The notes beneath the pieces were generated by a model, which searched no databases, had not been told where the DNA came from, and was given only the letters and a program-made list of their open reading frames with translations. The position numbers were made by a program, and so were the translations under genes. A stretch of 64,000 bases of DNA from positions 1,531 to 65,530 of the forward strand of contig JAHJKD010000050.1 of the NCBI GenBank assembly GCA_018822435.1, written 5' to 3'. This stretch comes from Patescibacteria group bacterium (lineage in GTDB: Bacteria; Patescibacteriota; Patescibacteriia; UBA9570; JAHJKD01). Positions 8,513-18,832 of the stretch are shown in pieces (position 1 is the stretch's first letter; each line of letters starts with the position of its first letter).

Positions 8513-9190
8513 ATGCAACCATCGCAAGCTCGTGAAATATTGGCCCAAGTTAAGGCTGATTACGATAAAATTGCCCCTCATTTTGCTCAAACCAGGGCAC
8601 AAGGCTGGTCAGAATATGAGGAATTTAAGCCCTATTTAAAAAAAGGCGACGAAGTCTTGGATTTAGGCTGCGGCAATGGCCGTCTTGTTGAATTCCTAAT
8701 TCCTCTTGGAATTAAATACACAGGCTGTGATAATTCTAATCAATTATTAAAATTTGCGTCGGAAAAATATACTGACACCAAATTTGTCGTCGGTGACTTC
8801 ATGCATCCCCCTTTTGAAAAAGAAGAGTTTGATGTGGTCATGGCCATTGCCAGCTTGCATCATGTTCCTTCAGGGGAATTACGCCTGAGAGCCTTAAAAG
8901 AAATTTATCGTATTTTAAAACCAGGTGGATATCTGCTTATGACCAATTGGTATCTTTATCAAAAAAAATATAAGAAGTATATTAAAAATAATAAGGGCAA
9001 AATGGACAAAGGTGACGCCATAATCCCCTGGAAAGACAAATACGGAAATACCCAAGCAGAAAGATATTACCATGCCTTCAAACAAAAAGAGCTCAGCAAG
9101 CTAGCTAGGCAAATCGGTTTTAAAGTTATTTCCCAAAATATGAACGAATCAAAACAAGAAAGAAATATTGTCAGCATTTGGAAAAAATGA
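8513..9190 (+). CDS. Class I SAM-dependent methyltransferase
   Basis: 225 aa. Motif I VLDLGCGNGR, motif post-I, LKPGGYLL. Confidence 0.8.
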   Translation: MQPSQAREILAQVKADYDKIAPHFAQTRAQGWSEYEEFKPYLKKGDEVLDLGCGNGRLVEFLIPLGIKYTGCDNSNQLLKFASEKYTDTKFVVGDFMHPPFEKEEFDVVMAIASLHHVPSGELRLRALKEIYRILKPGGYLLMTNWYLYQKKYKKYIKNNKGKMDKGDAIIPWKDKYGNTQAERYYHAFKQKELSKLARQIGFKVISQNMNESKQERNIVSIWKK

Positions 9191-9232
9191 TATAATATTT
9201 CTCAGAAATAATTAAATAAATAAATATAAACT

Positions 9233-10603
9233 ATGACTTTTCGGAGGATCAAATGGTTCAGTATAGGCACCCTTATCGGGTCCCTTTTAGTACTGGCCCT
9301 ATCCATTCCTGTTTTAGCACAGGATAACACCAACGAAGAACCCTTAATTTCGCCTGATACGGAAACAGTATCAACTGATGCTACTGCTACCACTACTGAT
9401 GGTTCAGATGCAGTCGAAGAAGTGCCCGAAATCGTACCTATTAGCGCCGAACTTGGAAACGAAACCGTAACTGACATTGATTCTGATGTAGAAGAAACTG
9501 AAGTGCTCGGGACAACTACCTTTAAAACTGGTGAGACGGTAAACGTAACTGGCACTTATGATAATGATGTCATTGTCGCCGGAAACAACATAACTATTGA
9601 TGCTGTTGTTGATGGTGATGTTCTTGCCATGGGCGGAACAGTCACGATTCGGGGCCGCGTTGAAGGCAATATTCGCGTGATGGGTGGAACTGTAAATATT
9701 GAGGGTGAAGTAGCCAAAAATGCAACTGTCTCTGGCGGTTGGATCAATGTGGCTAACACTGCCAAAATAGGAAAAGATGCCATGTTCTGGGGCGGAACTG
9801 TAAATATTGACGGTGAAATCACTGGCAGCTTATTTGGCGGAGCCGGAACAGTTACTTTAGACGGAATTATTGGAGGAAATGTTGATGTTGAAGTTGGTTC
9901 TTTGAATGTTGGCAGTAAAGCCAATGTCACCGGCGACTTAAAATATAACGCTGGCCAAGATGCTTCCATTAGTTCCTCTGCGACAATCAACGGTGAAACA
10001 ATAAAAGTGGATCCAGCCACTGCCACTGATGATGCTGATACTGTAAAAAAAGATGACTCTAATTTAAGCAAGCAAATCGGCTGGAAACTTGTCTGGTGGG
10101 TTAGCAATCTGCTTCTCGGCTTGCTTCTAATTTACGCTTTCCCGAAATGCGTCAAAGGCACAGGCAAAGCTATGTTTGCAAAGGCCGGTCATTCTTTCCT
10201 CTGGGGCTTGCTTGTCTTATTTGTCACTCCGATCGTCCTACTAATTCTAATGGTTACAGTTATTGGCATTCCAATTAGTATAATCGGCTTTATCGCTTAC
10301 GGCATCGGCATTTATCTGGCCTCTATTGTTTTAGGCATCGCTCTAGGTAACAAGATTTTGCCAAAAATGGAAAATCCAATCCTCCCTATGGTTATTGGTG
10401 TAACTATTATCTATATTCTTGGCTTAATACCCTTCCTAGGTGGATTAGTCGGCTTTGTGGCTGCTCTCTGGGTACTTGGCGCTTGGATGGTTTATATTAA
10501 ACAAAAAAAAGAAGCCCAGAAAGAAATGAAGATGGAAGAGAAAGAAGAAAAAAAGCCTGCCAAGAAAATTTCTAAAAAAACAGACGCTAAAAAGAAGAAA
10601 TAA
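9233..10603 (+). CDS. Membrane protein with bactofilin/DUF4097-like beta-helical repeat domain and C-terminal TM bundle (LiaF-like architecture)
   Basis: 456 aa. Signal/TM at the N-terminus, repeated GGTVxIxGxV units, about 4 C-terminal TM helices, Lys-rich tail. Confidence 0.5.
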   Translation: MTFRRIKWFSIGTLIGSLLVLALSIPVLAQDNTNEEPLISPDTETVSTDATATTTDGSDAVEEVPEIVPISAELGNETVTDIDSDVEETEVLGTTTFKTGETVNVTGTYDNDVIVAGNNITIDAVVDGDVLAMGGTVTIRGRVEGNIRVMGGTVNIEGEVAKNATVSGGWINVANTAKIGKDAMFWGGTVNIDGEITGSLFGGAGTVTLDGIIGGNVDVEVGSLNVGSKANVTGDLKYNAGQDASISSSATINGETIKVDPATATDDADTVKKDDSNLSKQIGWKLVWWVSNLLLGLLLIYAFPKCVKGTGKAMFAKAGHSFLWGLLVLFVTPIVLLILMVTVIGIPISIIGFIAYGIGIYLASIVLGIALGNKILPKMENPILPMVIGVTIIYILGLIPFLGGLVGFVAALWVLGAWMVYIKQKKEAQKEMKMEEKEEKKPAKKISKKTDAKKKK

Positions 10604-11949
10604 TGAAAGAAAAAGTGAACGAAGGAATTTTCAAAGCATACGATATAAGGGGGATTTACCCCGATGAAATAAACGAAAACACGGCCTATTTACTGGGCCG
10701 TGCTTTCGCTGTATTTGCTGATTCCGATACAATTCTGGTCGGTCGCGACATGCGCACGTCCGGTAAATCATTAGTTAACGAATTTGCCCGCGGCGTTGTT
10801 GACCAAGGCAAAACCATAATTAAACTCGGCTTGATTTCCACTGACGCTCTTTATTTTGCGGCGGGAAAATTAGATGCCCCTGGCGCTATGTTCACGGCTT
10901 CCCACAATCCGCCAGAATACAACGGCATTAAATTTTGCAAAGCCGGAGCTGAACCTGTTTCCGACGAAACCGGCCTTAACGATATCCGCGACATGGTTCT
11001 TAAAAATGATTTTCCAGAAGCAAAAAATAAAGGCAAACAAGAAGAGAAAGACATTCTCCCTGATTATGTAAAACATGTCTTATCTTTCGTGGAAGAAAAA
11101 AAACTTGGAAATCTTAAAATAGTGATTGACGCCGGCAATGGCATGGCCGGAAAATTAGCTCCCATGGTATTTGATAAAACTCCCTGTGAAATCATCCCTA
11201 TGTATTTCGAACTGGACGGCACTTTTCCCAATCATGAAGCTAATCCTATTAAACCTGAGAACGTTCAGGACCTTATTACCAAAGTAAAAGAAGAAGGCGC
11301 TGATCTTGGCCTGGCCTTTGACGGCGATGCTGACCGGGTTTTCTTTATTGACGACCAGGGCAACCGCGTTTCCAGTTCTTTGATCACGGCCATGGTGGCT
11401 GACCAGGTTTTGGAAAAAAATCCGGGCGCTTCTATTATTTATAATGTCCCGTCATCCAAGATCGTCCCGGAAATAATCGAAAAAAAAGGCGGCATCGCGA
11501 TTTTAGAAAGAGTCGGCCATTCTTTCATTAAAGAAACGATGAAAGAAAAGAATTCCATCTTTGGCGGCGAACATTCCGGCCATTTTTATTTTCGAGACAA
11601 TTACAGAGCTGACAGCGGGTTAATAGCCGCCTTAATAGTAATAGAAATCATCTCTCAAGCTAAAGCCAAATTTTCTGAACTTTTAGCTCCTTATGCGAAA
11701 TACAATGCGATAGAAGAAACCAATTTTGAAGTTTCAGACAAAGAAAAGGCTCTGGCGGCATTAAAAGAAAAATATAGCAATGCCAGAATAGAAGAAATCG
11801 ACGGCATCACTTTCCATTATGATGATTTTTGGTTCAATGTCCGGCCTTCTAACACTGAACCTGTCATCAGGCTAAACCTTGAAGCAAATACAGAGGAGTT
11901 AATGAATGAGAAGACCAAAGAAATTAGCGGCTTCTTAACCAGCGTATGA
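10603..11949 (+). CDS. glmM: Phosphoglucosamine mutase / phosphomannomutase family
   Basis: 448 aa. Active-site TASHNPPEYNGIK and Mg-binding DGDADR. Confidence 0.75.
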   Translation: MKEKVNEGIFKAYDIRGIYPDEINENTAYLLGRAFAVFADSDTILVGRDMRTSGKSLVNEFARGVVDQGKTIIKLGLISTDALYFAAGKLDAPGAMFTASHNPPEYNGIKFCKAGAEPVSDETGLNDIRDMVLKNDFPEAKNKGKQEEKDILPDYVKHVLSFVEEKKLGNLKIVIDAGNGMAGKLAPMVFDKTPCEIIPMYFELDGTFPNHEANPIKPENVQDLITKVKEEGADLGLAFDGDADRVFFIDDQGNRVSSSLITAMVADQVLEKNPGASIIYNVPSSKIVPEIIEKKGGIAILERVGHSFIKETMKEKNSIFGGEHSGHFYFRDNYRADSGLIAALIVIEIISQAKAKFSELLAPYAKYNAIEETNFEVSDKEKALAALKEKYSNARIEEIDGITFHYDDFWFNVRPSNTEPVIRLNLEANTEELMNEKTKEISGFLTSV

Positions 11950-13469
11950 AAATAAAGCGACCCATCGTGCTCACCATCATGGATGGCTGGGGTATTGGCA
12001 ATGATGATGCCCACAACCCCATCTTTTTGGCTGATACGCCTAATATTGACCATCTTCTGGCTACTTATTCCAATACCATTATTGGCGCGGCCGGAGAATT
12101 CATCGGCCTGACTCCGGGCCATCAGGGCTCATCAGAAATCGGTCATCTTATTATTGGCGCTGGTCGCAATGTTTTACTGCCTCAAACTCAGATCAAGCAA
12201 GCTACTCAAAATGGCGATATTAATAAAAATCCTGCTTATTTAGATTCACTAAAAAAGCGAGAAGAAAATAATAGCAATTTGCATATTTTTGGATTACTGT
12301 CAGATATGGGCGTGCACGCTTATGATGAAACCTGTCACGCCCTGCTAAAACTAGCTCGTGAAAAAGGCGTGCCTGACGAAAAAATATTTGTTCATGTCAT
12401 TGCGGACGGCCGCGACGTTATGCCCAAAACAGTTAATACTTTTTTGGACCGTTTAAATAAAGTCGGTATTGGCCGCATTGCTGATATTCAGGGCCGCTAC
12501 TTCTGCATGGACAGAGATCACCGTTGGGACCGGGTTGAAAAAGCTTATGATCTTTTCACGTCTGGCCAGGCCGAATTTAAAGCTGACGATGCTTACCAGG
12601 CAGTTGAAGCAGCTTATGAGCGTGGCGAAACTGATGAATTCATCAAACCCACTCTTATTATAGAAGGCGGACATTTTCAAGATAATGATGTTGTTTGGAA
12701 TTTTAATTATAGAGTAGATAGAGAAATTGAAATCACCGAAGCTTTAATTGAACCTGACTTCAAAAATTTCTTACGCCCTGTCTGGCCGCAAATTAATTAT
12801 GTTGCCATGACAGATTATTATCAAGGCATCACCTGCCCGGTCGCTTTTCAAAGAGAAGAACCAAAAAACACATTAGGCGAAATTTTAGCAGATAACAGCC
12901 TGACCAGTTTTCGTTGTACGGAAACGGAAAAATGGCCTTATCTCACAAAAATATTCAACGGCCTCCGTGAAGATCCCTTCCCAGGTGAAGTAAGAAAATT
13001 ATTTCCATCAGATAAAGTCGACACGTACGATGAATTGCCAGACATGCAAGCTATGAAAATTGCCAAAGCCGTCAGCCAGCACCTTCATGAAAAATCATTT
13101 GACGTTTATATGATCAACTTTGCCAACCCGGACATTCTCGGCCATACCGGCAACAAGGACGCCATCATGCAAGGCATTCACACAGTCGACAAGGCTCTCG
13201 GACTTATTTATGAAGAACTACTAAATATGGACGGTATCATGCTTGTCACCGCCGATCATGGCGATGCTGAAATTGTTTATGATAAAGAAAGCGGCCAACC
13301 CCATACTTCGCACACTGATTCTCATGTTCCCTTTATCTATATTGACGAAGAGAATAAAAATGCTACTCTAAGAGAAAATGGTGCCTTACAAGATGTTGCT
13401 CCCTCGATTCTTAAATTATTAGACATTAAAAAACCCAAAGAAATGACAGGTAAATCAATAATCATATGA
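11946..13469 (+). CDS. gpmI: 2,3-bisphosphoglycerate-independent phosphoglycerate mutase
   Basis: 507 aa. N-terminus ...PIVLTIMDGWG..., iPGM-wide similarity, 4-nt overlap with glmM. Confidence 0.9.
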   Translation: MKIKRPIVLTIMDGWGIGNDDAHNPIFLADTPNIDHLLATYSNTIIGAAGEFIGLTPGHQGSSEIGHLIIGAGRNVLLPQTQIKQATQNGDINKNPAYLDSLKKREENNSNLHIFGLLSDMGVHAYDETCHALLKLAREKGVPDEKIFVHVIADGRDVMPKTVNTFLDRLNKVGIGRIADIQGRYFCMDRDHRWDRVEKAYDLFTSGQAEFKADDAYQAVEAAYERGETDEFIKPTLIIEGGHFQDNDVVWNFNYRVDREIEITEALIEPDFKNFLRPVWPQINYVAMTDYYQGITCPVAFQREEPKNTLGEILADNSLTSFRCTETEKWPYLTKIFNGLREDPFPGEVRKLFPSDKVDTYDELPDMQAMKIAKAVSQHLHEKSFDVYMINFANPDILGHTGNKDAIMQGIHTVDKALGLIYEELLNMDGIMLVTADHGDAEIVYDKESGQPHTSHTDSHVPFIYIDEENKNATLRENGALQDVAPSILKLLDIKKPKEMTGKSIII

Positions 13470-14203
13470 TAGGAATCTTTGACTCCGGTTTAGGAGGATT
13501 AGGAATTTTCAAAAAAATCAAAGCCATGCTTCCGGATGAGGATATTTATTATTATGGCGATACCGCTAATATCCCTTATGGTGAAAAATCTCCAGACGAA
13601 TTAAAAGGCCTGATTACTGCTGGCTTAAAATATTTAGAAAAAAAAGGCGTGAATATTATTGTAATTGCCTGTAACACGGCTTCTGTTTTGGATACTACTT
13701 ATTTTCGCCGCCAAGTTAAAATTCCAGTTGTTGCGGTCGTACCGGTTATAAAAACTGCTTCCAATCAGTCAAGAAATAATAAGATCGCCTTGCTGTCCAC
13801 TAAAGCCACCGCCATAAGCCCTTACACGGATTACCTTATAGAAGAATTCGCCCCAGAAGCCGAGGTCAAAAAAATTGCCTGCTCTGGCTGGGTTGAAGCG
13901 ATTGAAAAAGGCAAGGTCTCTGACCACCGTTTAAATTCTTGCCTAAAAAAGGTCGATGAAGAAGACGTTGTCGTGCTCGGTTGCACCCACTACACTCTTA
14001 TCAAAGGCGATATCCAAAGATTGCTCGGTCCCAATAAAATCCTCCTTGATTCCAATGAAGCTGTCGCCCGCCAAGTTCTTCGTGTCATGAACAAAGAAAA
14101 ACTTTACCAACATATAAAAAAGCCGAGATATATTTTCGACGCTTCCGGACATAAGAAAAAATTCCAGAAAATGGTTGATAGGTATTTAGAGGAGATAGCA
14201 TAA
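13466..14203 (+). CDS. murI: Glutamate racemase
   Basis: 245 aa. IGIFDSGLGGL, VIACNTAS, GCTHY motifs. Confidence 0.9.
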   Translation: MIGIFDSGLGGLGIFKKIKAMLPDEDIYYYGDTANIPYGEKSPDELKGLITAGLKYLEKKGVNIIVIACNTASVLDTTYFRRQVKIPVVAVVPVIKTASNQSRNNKIALLSTKATAISPYTDYLIEEFAPEAEVKKIACSGWVEAIEKGKVSDHRLNSCLKKVDEEDVVVLGCTHYTLIKGDIQRLLGPNKILLDSNEAVARQVLRVMNKEKLYQHIKKPRYIFDASGHKKKFQKMVDRYLEEIA

Positions 14204-14210
14204 TTTCACG

Positions 14211-14284
14211 CCCCCAATAAATTGGTGGCCTGAAATTATATTATAGTATATTAGCCAAGCCCCGAATTTATTCGGGGTATTGGC
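14211..14284. repeat. About 75-bp double-hairpin intergenic repeat, copy A
   Basis: cccccaataaattggtgg...ccaagccccgaatttattcggggtattgg. Near-identical unit at 41066-41146. Sits between convergent murI and murD. Confidence 0.7.
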
Positions 14285-14289
14285 TAATT

Positions 14290-15576
14290 TTATTTTATCT
14301 TTTTGACTTCCTTCACAAACTGTTCCCCTCTCATAAATTCATTCATGACCGGCAACCAAGTCAAGCCAGGCGATAACAATATCACATCGCCCTCTTCGGA
14401 AAGCTCCCAGGCCTTTTTTACCGCGTCCTTCATGTCCACGGCTTCCAGGCCGGCGGGCAGGTCCTTATTGGCGTTGCCCGGCAGTAAAATCAAGATCTTG
14501 GCTTTCTTGGCGATCTCCTGGCTGAACTGCTTCAGATCTAATCCCTTGGAATTGCCTCCGGAAATCAGGATAATGTCATTTTCAAACGCACTCAAAGCCG
14601 CCACCCCCGCGTCCGGGCTGGTCGCGGTCGTGTCATTATAAAATTCCCGGCCCTGGTGTTCCCGCACCAGTTCCAGGCGGTTAGGCACGCCCCGGAAATT
14701 CTCCACTACCTGGCGCGCCGCCTTTTTCGACACCTTAAATATATCCGCCACTCTCATGGCCGCGTCGGCATTGGCCAGATTATGCCTGCCTTTGATGTGC
14801 TTGGGCGTGAAATCGATCTCTGTAAAATAATAGCCATAGGCCGGCGTATGATGGATCATCTTGTTTACGACCGGATCACGCCGGTTCAGCACGACATAAT
14901 CATCTTCGGTCTGATTTTTTAAAATATTTTCTTTGTCTTTCCTATACTCCGCCATAGATCTATAAAAATTCAGGTGATCAGGCAGTAAATTTGTCATCAC
15001 GGCCACATTAAATCTTTCTTTCTTCAGTTCATGCAACTGGAATGAAGAAACTTCTAAAACCACAATATCTCCTTTTTTTATATCATCCACAAAATTCAGG
15101 GGCGAATTGCCGACATTGCCTCCGATCCAGACTTTGTTCTTAAATTTCTTCCTTAATATCTCATAAATCAAAAAAGTCGTGGTCGTCTTACCCCGCGTGC
15201 CGGTCACGCCTACGACTTTTACGTCCTTGTCTTTTATTTCATTGAAAAAGAGAGAGAGGTCATTCACGATCGGGGTGCCTTCTTTTCCGGCCACGGCCAG
15301 ATATTCCGAATCCCAATGCACGCCCGGGTTCCGCACTACCAGATCCCGGCCTTTAAAATCTTCTTTCCTGTGTTTGCCTAAGACTAGCTGGATATTTTTA
15401 AATTTTTTCAGCTGATTTATTGTGCTGGGGTTTAATTGCGACTTTTTTTTATGATCTGTCACAATAACGCGCGCGCCTTTTCGCGCCAAAAACCGGGCCG
15501 CGGAAAAACCAGAGCCTTTTTCAATGACCCCGAGCCCCATGACCGTGATTTTTTTATCTTTATATGAATCAATCAT
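14290..15576 (-). CDS. murD: UDP-N-acetylmuramoylalanine--D-glutamate ligase
   Basis: 428 aa. N-terminal Rossmann GLGVIEKGSG, P-loop GVTGTRGKTTTT. Confidence 0.85.
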   Translation of the reverse strand: MIDSYKDKKITVMGLGVIEKGSGFSAARFLARKGARVIVTDHKKKSQLNPSTINQLKKFKNIQLVLGKHRKEDFKGRDLVVRNPGVHWDSEYLAVAGKEGTPIVNDLSLFFNEIKDKDVKVVGVTGTRGKTTTTFLIYEILRKKFKNKVWIGGNVGNSPLNFVDDIKKGDIVVLEVSSFQLHELKKERFNVAVMTNLLPDHLNFYRSMAEYRKDKENILKNQTEDDYVVLNRRDPVVNKMIHHTPAYGYYFTEIDFTPKHIKGRHNLANADAAMRVADIFKVSKKAARQVVENFRGVPNRLELVREHQGREFYNDTTATSPDAGVAALSAFENDIILISGGNSKGLDLKQFSQEIAKKAKILILLPGNANKDLPAGLEAVDMKDAVKKAWELSEEGDVILLSPGLTWLPVMNEFMRGEQFVKEVKKIK

Positions 15577-16573
15577 TTGCTACTCCCAGGCCCACGACTT
15601 TCCTCACATTCTCCATGGTCGGCTGTGCCAGCTTGGCCGCTTCTTTAGCCCCATTCGTTAAAATCTTTTCCAGCTTAGGCTGATCATCAATATATTCTTT
15701 ATATTTTTTCTGAATCGGTTCAATAAATTCCACCACGGCTTCGGCCAGGCCTTTCTTGAAATCGCCATAACCTTTGCCCGCATATTCCTTTTCCAAAGAT
15801 TTTATATTTTTTTCCGTCACCAGCGAATAAATAGTCAACAAATTAGAAATCGCCGGTTTTTTCTCCTCGTCAAATTTCACCTCTGACCCGGAATCTGTCA
15901 CTGCCTTCATGATCTTCTTCCTGATTTTGTCCGGTTCATCGGTCATGGCAATGTAATTATTTCCACTACTCGCTGATTTGCTCATTTTTGATGTCGGATC
16001 ATCTAATCCCATAATTCTGGCGCCCACTTCCGGCAACAGTGCTTCCGGCTCTTCAAACACCTGGCCATATTTATTGTTCACTCTATGGGCAATGTCCCGT
16101 GTCAGCTCGACATGTTGTCTCTGATCTTCGCCCACTGGAACTTTATTGGTCTGATATAAAAGAATATCCGCTGCCATCAAGGCCGGATAAGTGAATAAAC
16201 CAGCATTAATATTTTGCTTATGCCTTTGTGATTTATCTTTAAATTGCGTCATGCGCTCCAATTCACCCATTTGCGTATTGCAATTCAGCACCCATGCTAA
16301 TTCTGTATGTGCTGAAACATCTGACTGCACAAATATAATCGCCTTTTTCGGATCTAATCCTGACGCCAGATAAATCGCCGCTAGTTCTCTGATATTTTTC
16401 TGCAGTTCTTCCGGCTCCTGCTGTACCGTAATCGCATGCATATCCACAATGCAAAAAATGGAAAAATATTTATCCTGTAAATCAATCCATTGTTTGATCG
16501 CACCAAGATAATTTCCTAAGTGAATTACACCGCTAGGTTGTATGCCTGAAAATACTATTTTTTTATTTGTCAT
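15569..16573 (-). CDS. trpS: Tryptophan--tRNA ligase
   Basis: HIGH-like GNYLGA, KMSKS. Start placed at the internal ATG (MTNKKIVFSGIQPSG). The 110-aa N-terminal extension of the tracked ORF runs through the upstream promoter and GC-rich island and is spurious. A TATAAT sits 6 nt before the ATG (leaderless). Confidence 0.9.
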   Translation of the reverse strand: MTNKKIVFSGIQPSGVIHLGNYLGAIKQWIDLQDKYFSIFCIVDMHAITVQQEPEELQKNIRELAAIYLASGLDPKKAIIFVQSDVSAHTELAWVLNCNTQMGELERMTQFKDKSQRHKQNINAGLFTYPALMAADILLYQTNKVPVGEDQRQHVELTRDIAHRVNNKYGQVFEEPEALLPEVGARIMGLDDPTSKMSKSASSGNNYIAMTDEPDKIRKKIMKAVTDSGSEVKFDEEKKPAISNLLTIYSLVTEKNIKSLEKEYAGKGYGDFKKGLAEAVVEFIEPIQKKYKEYIDDQPKLEKILTNGAKEAAKLAQPTMENVRKVVGLGVAND

Positions 16574-16690
16574 AAAATAATTATACAATAAAAAATACCG
16601 TCTATCAAGCAGACTTTTTCCTTGACTATATCTCAATAAAAAGCTAAAAATACCCCACCACCCGTACCACCACCAAGGAGGAAAAAATCC

Positions 16691-16948
16691 ATGAAAGCGA
16701 GAATCATCGACCCTGGCACAAATTCTTTGGTCCTCTGGCTCATAGTCGAGGTGAATGAAGGCGAAATCGCCATCAAGCCCAGTAAAGGGGGGATCGAAGT
16801 AGCTGTGTTCGTCTCCGGCTGGTTTCCGGACACAATCATCGGGGAGACTGAGGTGCCGGAAGATTTGGTCGAGAAGGCAGTCGCCCATCTCCGGACCAAG
16901 CACGAGCTCGACCAGCTGGCCAACCAGCTCAAGGAGATCCTGCGCTGA
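16691..16948 (+). CDS. Hypothetical protein, GC-rich island gene
   Basis: 85-aa ORF. SD accaaggagg 7 nt upstream. TTGACT-17-TAAAAT promoter. Imperfect GC-rich hairpin follows the stop. Confidence 0.5.
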   Translation: MKARIIDPGTNSLVLWLIVEVNEGEIAIKPSKGGIEVAVFVSGWFPDTIIGETEVPEDLVEKAVAHLRTKHELDQLANQLKEILR

Positions 16949-17020
16949 GTGGAGGGGGCGGGCGGCGGCTCATCAAAAAGCTGCCGTCCTCCCTCCAATC
17001 TAGTAACAATCACTTCATAT

Positions 17021-17055
17021 AAAAACGGCCCGCCTATCAAGCGAATTTTTTTTAT
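17021..17055 (+). terminator. Degenerate copy of the recurrent terminator repeat
   Basis: aaaaacggcccgcctatcaagcgaatttttttt. ctatcaagc loop as in the six copies downstream. Confidence 0.4.
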
Positions 17056-17115
17056 TCTTGTAAAAAAAGGATTTTTGTAGTATAAAGGAACCACCTAAGT
17101 ATTTACTTCAAACAT

Positions 17116-17934
17116 ATGAAAAAAATATTCTTATTCCCTATTCTGGGCATTTTATTATTTACTATTAATTTCTTAGCGACTCCTTCAACCAAAGCATTTA
17201 GCACCGCCACTCATCCCATAGTTATAGATAATATATTAATGGGAGGATCGGGAAATGATGTTTGGATAGATGCTTCATATGGTAAGTATTGGGATTTAAA
17301 AGGAAAAAAATACAAGTTGTATAAAATGCGTTCTTATATTGGCAAAGGTACGGGCAGTGGAATATACCAAGGCCCTCCATCCATGACAGAAATTGTGAGA
17401 ATGAAAAATAATGGGACATATCTGAATAATTTTGTGGCCATCAGAAGCAATTGGAAATTTTTCCCTCAAAAGATAAGGAAGGGCAGTAAAAAATCTCCTA
17501 CTTATAAAAAAGTTATCAAAAAAATATTACGCAGGAATGATTTAGGCCATTTAAAGCCAAAGATCAAACAAATTTACAAAGTTGACCTGGATGGTAATGG
17601 CACCAAAGAAAAAATTATTCATGCTTCCAATATTGATTTTAATAATCCAAATTACTATCAGGAAAAAAATACTTATTCAGTCGTATTTGTAAGAAAGTTA
17701 GTAAATGGAAAAAAGAAAAATATTATTTTGAGGAAAAGCTTTTACACAGAAGACGGAGATTTTGAAGACGGCCCTACATATTCGCATCGCATCCGCGCTA
17801 TCGGCGATTTTAACGGGGATGGAAGAATGGAGGTCGTAGTTGAGACAAGATACTATGAAGGAACTGGATTTTCAATCTTTGAAGTAAAAAAGAAAAAAGC
17901 CGTGCCTGTACTCAGTAACGGCTCAGGAGCATAA
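17116..17934 (+). CDS. Secreted protein with FG-GAP/VCBS-like Ca-binding repeats
   Basis: 272 aa. Signal peptide. DLDGNGTKE and GDFNGDGRMEVVV motifs. Confidence 0.5.
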   Translation: MKKIFLFPILGILLFTINFLATPSTKAFSTATHPIVIDNILMGGSGNDVWIDASYGKYWDLKGKKYKLYKMRSYIGKGTGSGIYQGPPSMTEIVRMKNNGTYLNNFVAIRSNWKFFPQKIRKGSKKSPTYKKVIKKILRRNDLGHLKPKIKQIYKVDLDGNGTKEKIIHASNIDFNNPNYYQEKNTYSVVFVRKLVNGKKKNIILRKSFYTEDGDFEDGPTYSHRIRAIGDFNGDGRMEVVVETRYYEGTGFSIFEVKKKKAVPVLSNGSGA

Positions 17935-17942
17935 TATAAATA

Positions 17943-17972
17943 AAACGACCCGCCTTCCAAGCGGGTCTTTTC
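17943..17972 (+). terminator. Recurrent intrinsic-terminator repeat, copy 2
   Basis: aaaacgacccgccttccaagcgggtcttttctt. Confidence 0.7.
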
Positions 17973-18023
17973 TTATTTAAAAAAAATATGATATTATTAC
18001 ATTGAAAGGAATAAATTATATTT

Positions 18024-18761
18024 ATGGCAAATAATATGGAAGGGCGACGGCCAGCTCAAGAGCTGGAGTCAGCCAAAAATGTTACTAAAGAAGAGCTGGA
18101 AAAAATCGCCAAGAAAAAATTGAATTTTATGGTGAAAAAGGATGGATTAATTCTTGCTAGCTCGTTTGAAGATCTCAATTTGGGGGATGATGCCCAAGAC
18201 ACTGAAGGCAGTCCTTATGAATGGTTCCAAATCTTTGATGAAAAAGACCATCCCTACCGAATTGAAGGTAATGATGTCGTTCTTTATCGGAAGGAATGTC
18301 ATGGAAAAGGAAGAATTGAGAACGTTTATCATCGCGGCACCGATGTTTGGATAGTGAACCCAAAGAACGAACTCATGGTCCCTGTTAGAAGTGCAAAAAA
18401 AGACCTCTACTCCTCTATGGGAGACAACAGTGTAAGTGAACATAATAGCATAAGAGAGCCGTATTTAGGCACTGCCGTTAGGGGTTTCCAAGAAGAGCTT
18501 GGAATATCGGTCCCCCCTGAAGGACTATCCCTTGTGTGCAAATTTCCAGTGCATGATAAAAATCAATGGCAATGGTCTCAATATTACGTATTTCCCGATA
18601 AAGAAGGAAAATATAATCCGTCTGAAGAAGAAATAGGGGAAGTCCGCTGGATTCCCTTACAAAATTTATTTACAGAGGAAGGGATAAAAAAAATAAATTT
18701 TCGACTAGACCATTTACCCGCTCTAAAAGTATTTCTAGAAAAAATAAAAAATAAAAAATAA
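18024..18761 (+). CDS. NUDIX-like hydrolase (divergent Nudix box)
   Basis: 245 aa. GDNSVSE...RGFQEELGI resembles GX5EX7REUXEEXGU, with an insertion. Confidence 0.45.
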   Translation: MANNMEGRRPAQELESAKNVTKEELEKIAKKKLNFMVKKDGLILASSFEDLNLGDDAQDTEGSPYEWFQIFDEKDHPYRIEGNDVVLYRKECHGKGRIENVYHRGTDVWIVNPKNELMVPVRSAKKDLYSSMGDNSVSEHNSIREPYLGTAVRGFQEELGISVPPEGLSLVCKFPVHDKNQWQWSQYYVFPDKEGKYNPSEEEIGEVRWIPLQNLFTEEGIKKINFRLDHLPALKVFLEKIKNKK

Positions 18762-18770
18762 AAAAACGCC

Positions 18771-18802
18771 CGCCTATCAAGCGGGTCTTTTTTATCCCTT
18801 TA
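18771..18802 (+). terminator. Recurrent terminator repeat, copy 3
   Basis: aaaaacgcccgcctatcaagcgggtctttttt. Confidence 0.7.
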
Positions 18803-18832
18803 CATTCAGACTTTTTTTGATAAAATATCAAT

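Noticed and set aside
16574-16903. N-terminal 110 aa of the tracked 444-aa trpS ORF.
   Set aside because: It reads through an AT-rich promoter and the opposite-strand GC-rich gene. Conserved TrpRS begins at the internal Met at 16573.
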